From Octopus bimaculoides (lineage: Eukaryota): DNA of 64,000 nt. Made by a program: the position numbers and the translations under genes. The notes under the pieces are model-generated. The model ran no database searches. It was given only the letters and a program-made list of their open reading frames with translations, and was not told the origin of the DNA. Every line of letters begins with the position of its first letter. Position 1 is the stretch's first letter. The stretch covers positions 84,286,262 through 84,350,261 of the forward strand of contig NC_068984.1 of NCBI RefSeq assembly GCF_001194135.2. The letters are read 5' to 3'. Shown here piece by piece: positions 38,798 through 50,790 of this stretch.

Positions 38798-38837
38798 CCT
38801 AGATGCGTTTCTGGCTCTTTAGCCTTCTTCAGTAGAA
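38798..38837 (-). ncRNA. Type I hammerhead-like motif (near-intact)
   Basis: rc TTCTA-CTGAAGA-A-GGCT/AAAG/AGCC-A-GAAAC-GC-ATC-TAGGA: 5-bp stem I, perfect 4-bp stem II. ATC is one CpG decay from GTC. Confidence 0.65.
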
Positions 38838-39424
38838 GATACTGAAGAGAGGGATAACCCTGAGTAGATTAGAAAGCCATGACCTTAGAATGGAACAGTC
38901 AATATTAATGACTGACTTGTGCTGGTAGACCGCCCGGTCAGGACAAATGTAGTAGTAGCCGCGCTAAGCAGGAATGAGTAACACTTTGGTCAGTTCAAAT
39001 ATGTTTCTGACATATTTTAATTTCGAAAGGCAATTTTACAGCAGTTTACTTTGGAGAAAAAATTCTTGCTTATGGTAAAAGATGCTAAAACACTTTATCT
39101 GCTTAGTGTCACCTTTCTAATTCTTTCTACTACTACTACTACTACTACCGCTGCTGCTACTACTAGTACTATATGTATGTGCGTGTATATATATATATGT
39201 CGATAGACAGACAGACAAGTAGATAGATTATAAGTAGGTAGAGACGTAGGTAAGGAAAGACAGAAAGGAGAGAGAAATAAGAACAACTGTTACCATGTAA
39301 TGAGGTATAACATCCTATCTTTGTTCTCTTTAAAGTTGCAACTGAAGCAGAAATGAGCTACAATTATGTTTTATGCAAGTAAATTTTTCTGTGAGGTGAA
39401 TAGGTTACGCACAACGTACACCTC

Positions 39425-39468
<44 letters not shown>

Positions 39469-39474
39469 ATTGAT

Positions 39475-39755
39475 GCTCTGTCGGTTACAGCGACGAGGGT
39501 TTCAGTTGATCCGGTCAACGGTAGAATCTGGTTGTGAAATTAACGTGTGATTGAGTACATCACAGACACGTGGCCTCAGGGAGATTCAGCATGACAAGGC
39601 TGGCCCTTTGAAATACAGGTACTCCTCATTTTTTGTCAGCTGAATGGATCGGAGCAACGTGAAACAAAATGTTTTGTTCATGAATAACACACCGCCAGGT
39701 ATCGAACTCACGACCTTACGATTGTGACCCGGATACCCTAACCACTCAGCCACGC
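39475..39755 (-). mobile_element. tRNA-derived SINE with family-A tail but a different (CORE-like) body
   Basis: rc head GCGCGTGGCTGAGTGGTTAGGG..GAGTTCGATACC; body ..TTGCTCCGATCCATTCAGCTGAC..ATGAGGAGTACCTG; tail shared with 15165-15340. Confidence 0.75.
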
Positions 39756-40265
39756 GCGCACACACACACACATTCACACACATACACACACATGTATATG
39801 TATACATGTATATATATATATATAGATAGATAGATAGAAAAACATACGTATGTATATATAAAATATATATAAAAATACACACACACATACATGTGGACGA
39901 TTAATCCGAAATGCAAATGAAAAGTGAGTTGCAGTTGTTAAAATATGCACTTTTTATTCAGGGATACACTGTATATAATTCACTCGTAATCGAATAGGCT
40001 TTGTAATATATGTATATTTATACTCGTGTGTGTGTGTTTGTGTGCGCGTGAGTTTGTCTATGTGTTGTATGTGTGTGTGTGTTTATGCATTCATACATTC
40101 TCTCTCTTTCTATCTTTCTCTCATACACGCACATTTATACATAGCTCTATCTATCTATCTATCTATCGGTCTGTCTGTGTGTGTGTGTCTGTCTCTCTCT
40201 CTTTCTCTCTCTCTCTCTATCTTTCTAAGTATATGTGTATGCGTGTACATGTGTATATGTATATG

Positions 40266-40315
<50 letters not shown>

Positions 40316-41273
40316 TACATATATGTCCATAAGCATATAGATATATCGATACATGCATGCATACATACATTCATATATACATATATACATTGGCTGTAAG
40401 AAGCCAGTGTGCGATTTAAAAGATCATGATATTGAAAACTAATATCTATATTGCATTTGAGCAACAAGTACGCTCTGTTTAAAATTTTATATGGTATTTG
40501 CAATCTCAAAAAACACTTCCTTTTTACAAAATAACTAAGAACTTGACCAGAAGACCAGAGTTAATTTCTAAGTGTTATCACAAGAACAAATATTTGAAGA
40601 AGAAATGATATGAGAAAGTGCCTATTAGCGGTCTGTCCGCGAGGCCAGACTTCGATCGCAATAAAAACACTCATGGTGAAACTTAATCATAACGTAATGA
40701 CTGATGTTTGCTTGCATTTCAGCGTGCGAAACCAAAGTGGTTCTTTTCATGTAAACCGACACTACTGTACATTACAGCCGCCACAAGATGTGATTGGCTG
40801 TATTATATGTCGGTGGGTGTGCTGCTTATCTGTACAAGAAGCTTAGCGCTTACTGCTATAAAGTTACCAAATGTGATAATATTGCTTAAAGCACGAATCT
40901 AAATCTAAGCAGAGCTGCTGTAGGATTGGTTGCAAAAAGAAATCTGTTACACACTAATCCACGCACAGGTGTGTATCAGCTTACATCCCACTTCCCATGG
41001 GAATGTCTTTTTGTGGGAAGCCGTAAGCTCATCAGTACATAACCTGAATTACATGATACGGACTTAGCTTACTCCTGTCAGATCATCTTCCTTAGCGAAT
41101 AGAACTGGTGTAACAGCAAATCCGACAATACCACGTCTTACGAAAACTTACTGTCATGTTTGGTTACGCATGTATGTATGTATATAGTTAGGTATGTAGT
41201 ACACATGCATAAATATATGCGTATATATAGGTATATATGTATCTATGTGTGTGTATGTATGTATGTATGTATG

Positions 41274-41319
<46 letters not shown>

Positions 41320-41756
41320 ACCTTTTGCTTGTTTCAATCATTAGACTGCGGCCATGCTGGTGTACTGCCTTGAAGAATTTTAAATAAATGAATCCATGTA
41401 TTTTTTAAAGCCTGGTGTTTATTCTATTGGACACTTTTGCTGAACGGCTAAACAAAGCATCACTGGTTGTCAAGCTGTGGTGGGGAATAAAGGCGCGCGC
41501 GCGCACACACAAACACACACACGCGCGCACATATTCATATATGGCTCAAAATGTACAAAAAATAGAAGACAGTGACAGGTGAGAGAACAACTGAGTGTAT
41601 TAATTTGACCCTCAGGAAAAGCGGAGAAGTGGAAAAGTCTTTGACACACCAGCATAGGTTGTCAAGCGATGGGTGGGGGGACAAACACAAACACACAAAC
41701 ATATATATACACACACACACATACACACATATATATATCTATGAAAGAAGCCCGTC

Positions 41757-41788
<32 letters not shown>

Positions 41789-41925
41789 GACAGGCTTCTT
41801 TCAGTTTCTGCCTACCAAATCCATTCACAAGGCTTTGGTCGGTCCGAGACTATAGCAGAAGACACTTGCCCAAGGTGCCACGCAGTGAGACTGAACCTAG
41901 AACCATATTGGTTAGTAAGCAAGCT
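41320..41925 (-). mobile_element. SINE family B pieces
   Basis: 41645-41925 is the head and body (GGCTTCTTTCAGTTTCTGCCTACCAAATCC...AGAAGACACTTGCCCAAGGTGCCACG); 41320-41480 is a tail piece. Confidence 0.78.
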
Positions 41926-42029
41926 ACACAGCAGAAGGACCCAGTTTCACTCGGGTTATAAACTCAAAGCCTTAACATAGTACTCTTTGCTTTTAATGTA
42001 ATTTGACACCTTCCTTCTAGGCATGGTTA

Positions 42030-42529
42030 GGTAAATATTTCGTAAAGGACCCGTTCGTACCTCGGTGGGAAATGGGTTTTTTCCACAAGTTTTTTCGAGT
42101 GCATTCAAACACGCTGCAAGCCTCTTTTTTTCCGGAAAAGAAAGTGGAGGAGGGGGGACCGCGGAATTTCCCCACCAACAGGGGTTTGTTTCGCAGGTTT
42201 TGGTTTGTCTTTTCCAGGTTATTTCACATACTTTCAACGAATGTGACATCAAAATCAGGTGTAAATAACTCCTTTCCCCAAAAAAGGAAAGATTTGGTTG
42301 CTATTTTTAGTACGCTCTACTACCACGTAACAACTATTTGTGATAAGGGACCTGTTGATATTTTGCGGTAAAATAATTTTCTGACCCCTCCCCCACTTTC
42401 TTTTCCGGAAAAAAGTGATTTGCGGCGTGTCAGATATGTTGAATGCACTCGAAAAAAAAGAACCAAAAAACTGCAGAAAGAAATTATTTCACACCGAGGT
42501 ACGATCGGGTCCTTTACGAAATATTTACC
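42030..42529. mobile_element. Merlin-like MITE (500 bp)
   Basis: TIR GGTAAATATTTCGTAAAGGACCCG.TCGTACCTCGGTG.GAAAT (about 44 bp, 2 mismatches) plus subterminal inverted blocks out to about 130 bp; 8-bp TSD CATGGTTA/AATGGTTA. GG ends and an 8-bp TSD fit Merlin. Confidence 0.85.
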
Positions 42530-42960
42530 AATGGTTATTTACTAATACACAAATACACCGGTACTGAAGATTGTAAACAATGAAAGTAGCTGTAATAATG
42601 TTTTTGGTACCAGACATCGTAACAATACAACAAACGCGCAGACACACACACGCTCAGACACTTACACACTCATATACAAAATGTGACGTCGTCGTCGTTG
42701 TGGTATGAAATGTCTGTTACTATAGTTGACTATAAAAAGATTATTTTCGAGAAAATGTTATGTTGTTTCAATCCAAATGAAATAAAATTTACATGTTGAC
42801 ACTCGCGGGCTGTAATACTATTACCATGTAAAATTTGATTTGATTTGGTGGAGCCGTTTGAAAATACATAGGGAACAGACAGGAATTTTATACACACACA
42901 CACCACACACACACATCTTTATTTATCTATTTGTCTCTGTCTGCTTGTTTATCTATTATT

Positions 42961-43070
42961 CTTATGCAAGAATATTGACAGTGACTTCGAAGTTTCGGCC
43001 AGCTAGCCATCGTCGGACTGCTTAGCTGACCGTAACTTCGAAGTCAGTGCCAACAACATTCTTGTATAAG
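42961..43070. repeat. Imperfect 110-bp palindrome made of inverted hammerhead copies
   Basis: CTTATGCAAGAATATT..GACTTCGAAGTTTCGGCCAGCTA vs rc CTTATACAAGAATGTT..GACTTCGAAGTTACGGTCAGCTA. Confidence 0.85.
42978..43021 (-). ncRNA. Type I hammerhead-like motif (U4C variant)
   Basis: rc GCAGT-CCGACGA-T-GGCTA/GC/TGGCC-GAAAC-TTCGAA-GTC^ACTGT: all three stems pair, stem III ACTTCGAAGT is palindromic, GUC triplet present. Confidence 0.7.
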
Positions 43071-45099
43071 TATAACAAATTTGTTCTCTGCAAAAATATC
43101 GAGTAACCTATCAGTTTAATGTAAAGTTGCTCTTATTATAACTGAACGGAAAAACAAACATTAATATCTATCCATCTATCTATCTATCTATCTATCTACC
43201 CCTCTTTTCTGTTCTCCGTTCCTTTTCTCTTAAATATCGATTGTCTATCTCACCCAATAGACCAGTTCTGAAATCGAACAGAGTGCAATAATAAATGTTA
43301 ATGTTAACAAATCAAGCGACAATAGATACATAAACACACGAGAATGGTAATCAAAGCTGCTTGAAGCTTATGTAGTTAACTGCAGTTGATCTTGTACAGC
43401 AATATATCCTGCCATAACCATTTGTCGATGACGTATTTATATGTTCTATATAGCGTGTGCACACGTGTAAGTACATACACACCAATCACACACACACACG
43501 CACGCACACACATGTACACATACACATACATACGTACGTACGTACATACATACATACATACATACATACATACATACATACCTATATAAGTCAGACTGCA
43601 TATTGATTATCTTTGATCTTTTGGGAAATTCTATAGTACTGAGCACATTTTTATTGCGAAAAAATAGCTTATTAATTTCGGAAGCAGTAATTAAAACTAG
43701 TTAGTGACGATGTAGGAAGGCTATAATCATACTGTATTATTGCAACACTTAACTGAATGTAATTGATATCGAATATCTACAGTAAGGAAGCAAAGTTGTT
43801 ACAGCAAAATAATTGATTTATTTTTTTTGTGTGCTCATAAAGCTAATAAATTTTGCCTGCATTGCTCGGTGAAGGAAACGAGGTGGTGTTCAGGAGTAGA
43901 GTCTGTATCTATTTTTCAATTCATTTGTTCTGTAGCCCTTTTTCTGTCTAAAATTTTCATAAGTTTGTCCTAAACGTCCATGCTTGTTTTCAGACTTTTA
44001 GTTAGTCTTTATTTCATACGTTCTGCGTAATAATATAAAGCTTTCCTTTCGTAATTCCCGAGTTGAAAAAAGTTGGGTACGTCTATCATATTATATGATA
44101 CATAGATGCCAGGGAAATGTCACATGCGATAAAAAGGGTAGAGAAAAGGTTAATGTTTCAAAGGGAAAGTGTGAAATGATATTGGTGAGCGTTTATATAA
44201 GTAACTATGTACATATGTATGATTTACTTGCAGGGCAGATTAAGACTCGTAGTGACCCGAAGCACTAAGATTTTAGCGCCCCCATATACATGTAATTCAA
44301 AATATAAACAAAGATAAACCTTAAAATTAATTTTAACTTTTCAAAATGAAACAAAACTAACAGTAAGATAGAAAACAATGCTCATTTTTGTATACTTTCA
44401 CTTTATTCATATTCGAAAAGTTTTATTCCTACCAGTAACGGCTCGTAGATAAAATTAGTTGGGGGTGCAGCTTTAGAAAATTTTTAGCTGTTGTTTTAAT
44501 ATTGTGTAAAAGAAAACAAATATATAAAAAGAAAATTTATACTCAAACTTGATCGGTCGCGTTTTAGCCACTGCCGAGTAGTGTGTTTAATTTGTTCACT
44601 GAACACCATCGCGAATTACCCTTGTTTTTCAAAAATCCCCCCCTAAATCACAAAATAAGGGGTGAAAATGTGTCCTATTTTTCAAATCCTGGCAGCAACA
44701 CTGAATCTGGAAGCAGGATAATAATCTAATTCTACACTTTATCACATTCAAGAATATAAATACGTTTTTAAGCACAACACACGCAGAGTCAAAAAGAAAC
44801 ATTACCTTTCACCCGGCATTGTTGTTCACGCAGTGCTCTCTCTCCCTAGTGTGAAGCTTCCTAACTCGGAAATGTGAACATGCACACAACAGCCAAACAC
44901 CGCGTCGCTGGAAGTGTGAAGCGCACAGTTCTATACAAGGATTTTTGCATTTCTTTCATAAACTGGGGGATGGTTACTGACATTAAGCTTGAGGATCATA
45001 TAATGTACAAGTATACAGAAAGAATTAAAGAAAAAAGGGCTCCTTATATTGAATGTTATCGATGATAGGGTGTGCTGCAATTCCACAGTTCCTATAGAC

Positions 45100-45430
45100 G
45101 AGTCACCACTGATTCCTACTCTTTTTGATTGCAAAGTCTTTGATCAGATCCTCAGAATAAAAATTACGTAACACATCTGCTTCTATTCTTAGTAGAGATA
45201 AGGCATCCCGAATATTATTTTAGCGAGTTTAACGTGATTTTTTGTGCCGTAAACCTTTTACCATTTTTATTGTGTCCCCACCTACTTCCCTTGATGCTCT
45301 AAGCACATGCTTATTTTGTTTAATGGTTAATCGAGCGCTGCATACTTGTGTGTATAAATGTATGTGAATGCGTAATTGCTTAAATTCTCCTACGCTACAT
45401 TCTGTCACTTTGCGCCTGGGCCACAATACT
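45100..45430 (-). mobile_element. Possible PLE GIY-YIG remnant with partial hammerhead
   Basis: rc CSVGEFKQLRIHIHLYTQ...KHVLRAS...IKMVKVY loosely follows the PLE endonuclease pattern, then CTGAGGATCTGATCAAAGA with no GAAAC. Confidence 0.3.
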
Positions 45431-46020
45431 TTAATCAATTGTTATAACCATTTCTAAATGAGTGATTCTTTGGGTAATATTCTTATCCAACTTCCCGCTA
45501 ACCATTATCTAACTCATAATTCAGTTATCTAGCATCGTAGTTATACATCTATACGGTTCTTTGAGGTAATTCTCTGAACCACTTAACTTCTTTAATCTAT
45601 TATCGTGGCTGTACCTCTACATCGAGTTATATCAAATATACTTATCCTCATATACCAACTGACTTGTGCCTCCTTTCTTCTCACCCTCTTGCACCTCTTT
45701 TACTTAATCATCTCTCTTTCTACAAGACCAACCACTCGACTCCAGTTATTCCATAATTTCCGCACTCTTTCACGAAGAACAAGGGTAAATAAACGATAAA
45801 TAAACGGTAAATAAACTTCCTTAGTTTGTTAAGTCTCTTGATTGTCTTAATCGACGGAGAGCATTACCAAATGTTTAAAAAATTCCTAGAAATCCTTTGA
45901 AAAATTACTGTAATCGCTATAATAATTTTTGTCTAGTCTGTCTAACATAACTTCGGTTTGATTCGCAACTCTCTTCTGTCTGTCTGTCTGTCTGTCTGTC
46001 TGTCGGACTGTCGGTCTGTG

Positions 46021-46052
<32 letters not shown>

Positions 46053-46157
46053 TGTATGTATGTATGCATGCATGCATGTATGTATGTATGCATGTATGTA
46101 TGTGTGTATGTACACAAATATACAGGTATATATTTCTCTATTTTAAAATATTTAAGA

Positions 46158-46375
46158 CGGCAAGCTGGCAGAATTGTTTGCACACAGGACAAAATGATTA
46201 GCGACATTTCATCCGTTTTTATGTTCTGAGTTCAAATTCTGCCGAAGTCGATTTTATCCTTACGGGGTTGATAAAATAACTACCAGTTGAATACTGGGTC
46301 GATTTAATCGATTTATCCCTTCCCCGAGGTTGCTGGCCTTGTGCCAAAATTTGAAACCAATATTTAACGATATAA
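46158..46375 (+). mobile_element. SINE family C
   Basis: GGCAAGCTGGCAGAATTG...GTTCTGAGTTCAAATTCTGCCGAAGTCGA...TACCAGTTGAATACTGGG. Confidence 0.8.
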
Positions 46376-47971
46376 TACAGCTTTCGAAGAATAAAATGTC
46401 TTTCAAATTACGTTTGTAACAAAATGGAAAGGAAGTGCTGAATCTCCATTCTTTAAATTTCTCTAAAGAAAGTTTACTAATAAATATTTTTCTCTGCTAA
46501 ATTTTAATTAGTTACTTTCTTCCTTCACAACCAGAAATGCCAGGTATCTATTTACCTTTCTATCTATCTATCTATCTATTTATCTGTCTGTCTGTCTGTC
46601 TGCCTGTCTATCTACTTCTCTCACTCTCTCTCTCTCTCCCTCCGTATCTCTCTCTCTCTTCTCTCTCTCTCTCTCTGTTTTCATCTCGGTCTCTCAGTCA
46701 AAACACAAATATCTTAGACAACTCACAAGCACTGCCCATTTCAGCATCTTCCATTCAACCATTTAAGCAAATTGTTGAATGAGCATTTTCTTGCAGTTAT
46801 TTCTAAAATGCGTTTTATTATTGAATAGTTCGTCATGAATGAAGAACGTAATTTCACAAATACAACGTTACAGTGGTAGCGTTCTGTTGCCGTTTTTACC
46901 TCGATTTCTCACTGAATACATTCCTGTCTGTCTGTCTCTGTCTGTCTGACTCTCTCTCTCACTCTCTCTGTATGTATGTGTGTACATACCCAAACATATA
47001 TTTCTCAACATGATCTTTAACATTAAACAACCACTTTCGAAAATGACAAAAATTCTGCTTTTAGAATAAGCCAGTTTATTTACAGAATAGGAAGGAAATG
47101 GTGAATCTCCAATCTTTAAATTTCTCATAAGAAAACTTACGAATAAATATTCGTTTTCCTCTTTAAAATTTTAATAAGTTACTTTGCTGTATGTATATGT
47201 ATGTGTAGATTACTTTGCTGTCTATCTATCTATCTATCTATCGACCGATCGATCGGTCTAACTTTTTCGAGCACGGTCAGCTGTATGCTGCTCTGGACAG
47301 AGTCGGGGTCCATCAGATGTAAAGATTTTTGTTTGTCAATGCTAATTTACTATACCAAGAGGATCTCACAGGCATCCCAATAATGAAAATGCTAAATTCA
47401 CTAAAAACATTGTATACACAGACATTGTTTGACCGTCAAAATGGCCTGTTTGTGATATGTTGTGTATAATATTGATTTCAAATTTTTGTACAAGGCCAGC
47501 AATTTCGGGGGAGGAAGCAAGTCGATTACATCGACCCCAGTACTCAATTGGTATTTATATTATCGACCCCGAAAGAATGAGTAAGATTCTGAAGGCCACG
47601 TGTTCGTGTATGCGAATGTGTGTGCGGGCGTGTGTATTGTGTATGTGTGTGCATGCATGTGCGTGTGTGCATGCATGTGTGTGTGTGTTTGTGTGTGTGT
47701 TTGTATATGTGCGTGCGTGCGTGTTTGCGTGAGATGTCAGAATCGGTGGTCCATACTTGTTACGTACTTTCATGCGCAAGTCCCACCCACGTCCTTCTTT
47801 TTTTCCCTTTTTTTCCCTTCACGAGATCGATATAATTAGTAACGTGAAATACCGTGGTCGATAAAATCGACTGAAACCCTTAAAAGGGTGCCTTAACAAT
47901 AATCCAATGAATAAAACCAGCAAAAGAATACATATAAACTCACACACATGCCGGGGCACATAAGTGCATAT

Positions 47972-48092
<121 letters not shown>

Positions 48093-48428
48093 CATACGCA
48101 CGCACACACATACGTGCATTCATCCAATTGATTGTATACTATTATTTTTTATACGTTCCGGTTGAATTCATCCCATCAGTTTAACAAAGCTTGGGTATTG
48201 TTGGGTCTATAATCTCCGTTTACAGCCGCCATCTTTTACAGTTTTGTTTCCCTTACACTGGCGATTACAGTCGATTACATAGAGTTAAGTGGTGTGTTTA
48301 CTAATTGTTATTGTTGTAGTTGTTGTTATGGTGGCGATTGAACAAATTTTTGTGGTGGTAGCCCTAATCGGTTGTTTATGTCGCTGATTTTGTTGTTGAT
48401 GACTGATTACATCGGTGTGTGTGAGTGT

Positions 48429-48481
<53 letters not shown>

Positions 48482-49388
48482 CGCGTGCGTGCGCACGCGT
48501 ACGTGTGTGCGTGTGTATGTGTGCGTGTGTATGTGTGCGTGTGTATGTGTGCGCGCGTATGTGTGTGTGTGTGTTTTAAGTCAAGTAGACAGGTTAGCTA
48601 ATCAAACAAAACTGAATGCTCACCATTTTGTTATTGTTGTTTCAAAGTTTAAAGACTTTGTTCAGAAAGTGATAATGTCGGTTGTAGGTCGTAATGGTAG
48701 TGGTTTTGGAGGTAATAACAATGGTAACGGTGATGGTGGTGGTGGTTTTTGTGAGTTCTCTTAGTTGATATTTTTTCAATGAAGAACGCCATTCCGGCAG
48801 TTCCTATTATATGTATGTGTGCTTTTTTTTATACATAGAACTACATTATTCAATGTTTTTGACTTGTGTTGATGATTTTTTAATGTGTTTTCTGATGTCT
48901 CATAGCTTAAGGTCAGTCCTGATAAACCGAAAAGCGCTTCAGCCCTGACATGTAAAGGCTACATAGACATAACTGAAGAGAAGTTCAAGCAAAGTATTCT
49001 GAGATGGATTAGGGATGTATCCTGATGAATAAAAAGTACTAAGAAAATTGAAGTAACTACAACGAAAAACGTGTTGTTTATATTACTGCTGTTAGTGTTT
49101 AGATGAAGTTTAGCTCTCATCAAACAAAATCTTATGGTGAAAGCGTTCTAGCTATAACTATCCCATATTTTCAGGTAAAATAACTAGGATTACATTATTC
49201 TTTGTGTCCTTTTAAAGATGGTAGGGAAATCACAGGACTTGCTAGAAATAGCAGCTTAATTACTGTCAACACAAGCATACACACACACACACATACAGTG
49301 TGTGTGTGTTTCAGTTGAATTAGGTATTTAAGTTGAAGCACTAAGTCAGTGCGGTATTATCCGTGTAACTCAAAGCAAGATGAACAAA

Positions 49389-49682
49389 ATCAAAATAAGC
49401 AACAGGATATCAAGAGGTGATGTGGTACGACCGTTTCAAGCGGATCCAGTATATTCTTAGCTACATTAGTAGCAACATGGACTCTTACCCTCACGTTGCT
49501 CTATTAGAGAATTTGAGTACATTTATATTAATGTGTCCATCTGATTAAAAATTCTATTTATTTATGTAGCTAAGGATAGCCCTGCATTTAAACTGATGTA
49601 ATGATCGCATTGTTCAATTAAATGGAGCCGTTTGAAACGGTCGTACTGCATCACCTCTTGATATCCTGTTGCTTATTTTGAT
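49389..49682. mobile_element. MITE-like element with about 60-bp TIRs
   Basis: ATCAAAATAAGCAACAGGATATCAAGAGGTGATG.GTACGACCGTTTCAA.CGG.TCCA inverted at 49623-49682 (about 4 mismatches). TSD unresolved next to a gap. Confidence 0.75.
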
Positions 49683-50459
49683 ATTTTGATANNNNNNNNN
49701 NNNNNNNNNNNNNNNNNNNNNNNNNNNNNNNNNNNNNNNNNNNNNNNNNNNNNNNNNNNNNNNNNNNNNNNNNNNNNNNNNNNNNNNNNNNNNNNNNNNN
49801 NNNNNNNNNNNNNNNNNNNNNNNNNNNNNNNNNNNNNNNNNNNNNNNNNNNNNNNNNNNNNNNNNNNNNNNNNNNNNNNNNNNNNNNNNNNNNNNNNNNN
49901 NNNNNNNNNNNNNNNNNNNNNNNNNNNNNNNNNNNNNNNNNNNNNNNNNNNNNNNNNNNNNNNNNNNNNNNNNNNNNNNNNNNNNNNNNNNNNNNNNNNN
50001 NNNNNNNNNNNNNNNNNNNNNNNNNNNNNNNNNNNNNNNNNNNNNNNNNNNNNNNNNNNNNNNNNNNNNNNNNNNNNNNNNNNNNNNNNNNNNNNNNNNN
50101 NNNNNNNNNNNNNNNNNNNNNNNNNNNNNNNNNNNNNNNNNNNNNNNNNNNNNNNNNNNNNNNNNNNNNNNNNNNNNNNNNNNNNNNNNNNNNNNNNNNN
50201 NNNNNNNNNNNNNNNNNNNNNNNNNNNNNNNNNNNNNNNNNNNNNNNNNNNNNNNNNNNNNNNNNNNNNNNNNNNNNNNNNNNNNNNNNNNNNNNNNNNN
50301 NNNNNNNNNNNNNNNNNNNNNNNNNNNNNNNNNNNNNNNNNNNNNNNNNNNNNNNNNNNNNNNATATATATATATATATATATATATATAATTGTAATAT
50401 AGTTGTGTGCAGTATGTGCATGATGAGCACGTGCATGTGTCTACATAAAGCAATACCAC

Positions 50460-50790
50460 CCACTCTCAGTAATTAAATATCTCGGCTGGACGAACCGGTT
50501 AGGTTTATATGCGTCTGCTTGCTGTACAGCTCCTGGCATATATTTATTTAAACATTCCCACTTACTATATTCTTCCCCTAGTCGAGTACTCTGAATGGAT
50601 TTCACAACCTTTCGAAGACGATTATTTCCTGATGATATATACTTTGTACCTTTGCCCGTCACTATTCAATTTATATACTGGCCACTTGTGATATATTGTG
50701 TGAATAAAAGAAGCAACTGTCTTTAGTTCAACAACGACTGAAGAGGTAAATAATCGTCGAGACGTGGGGCAACTTGGAAAAAAATATTCC
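50460..50790 (+). mobile_element. Probable PLE 3' end
   Basis: IKYLGWTNRLGLY resembles the PLE terminal LI..LGT..P.GLN motif; AATAAA; decayed CTGAAGA...GAGACGT at 50738-50765. Confidence 0.4.

Noticed and set aside
44230-44705. hAT MITE (CAGGGCAGATTAAG ... GGCAGCAACACTG)
   Set aside because: The two ends do not match each other. Like 7276-7340, 9665-9840 and 55720-55775, these are probably solo terminal fragments.
48905-48950. Hammerhead-like CTGATAA..GAAAAGCGCTTC
   Set aside because: Palindromic stem III is present, but G8 is mutated, stem II is absent and stem I is out of register.
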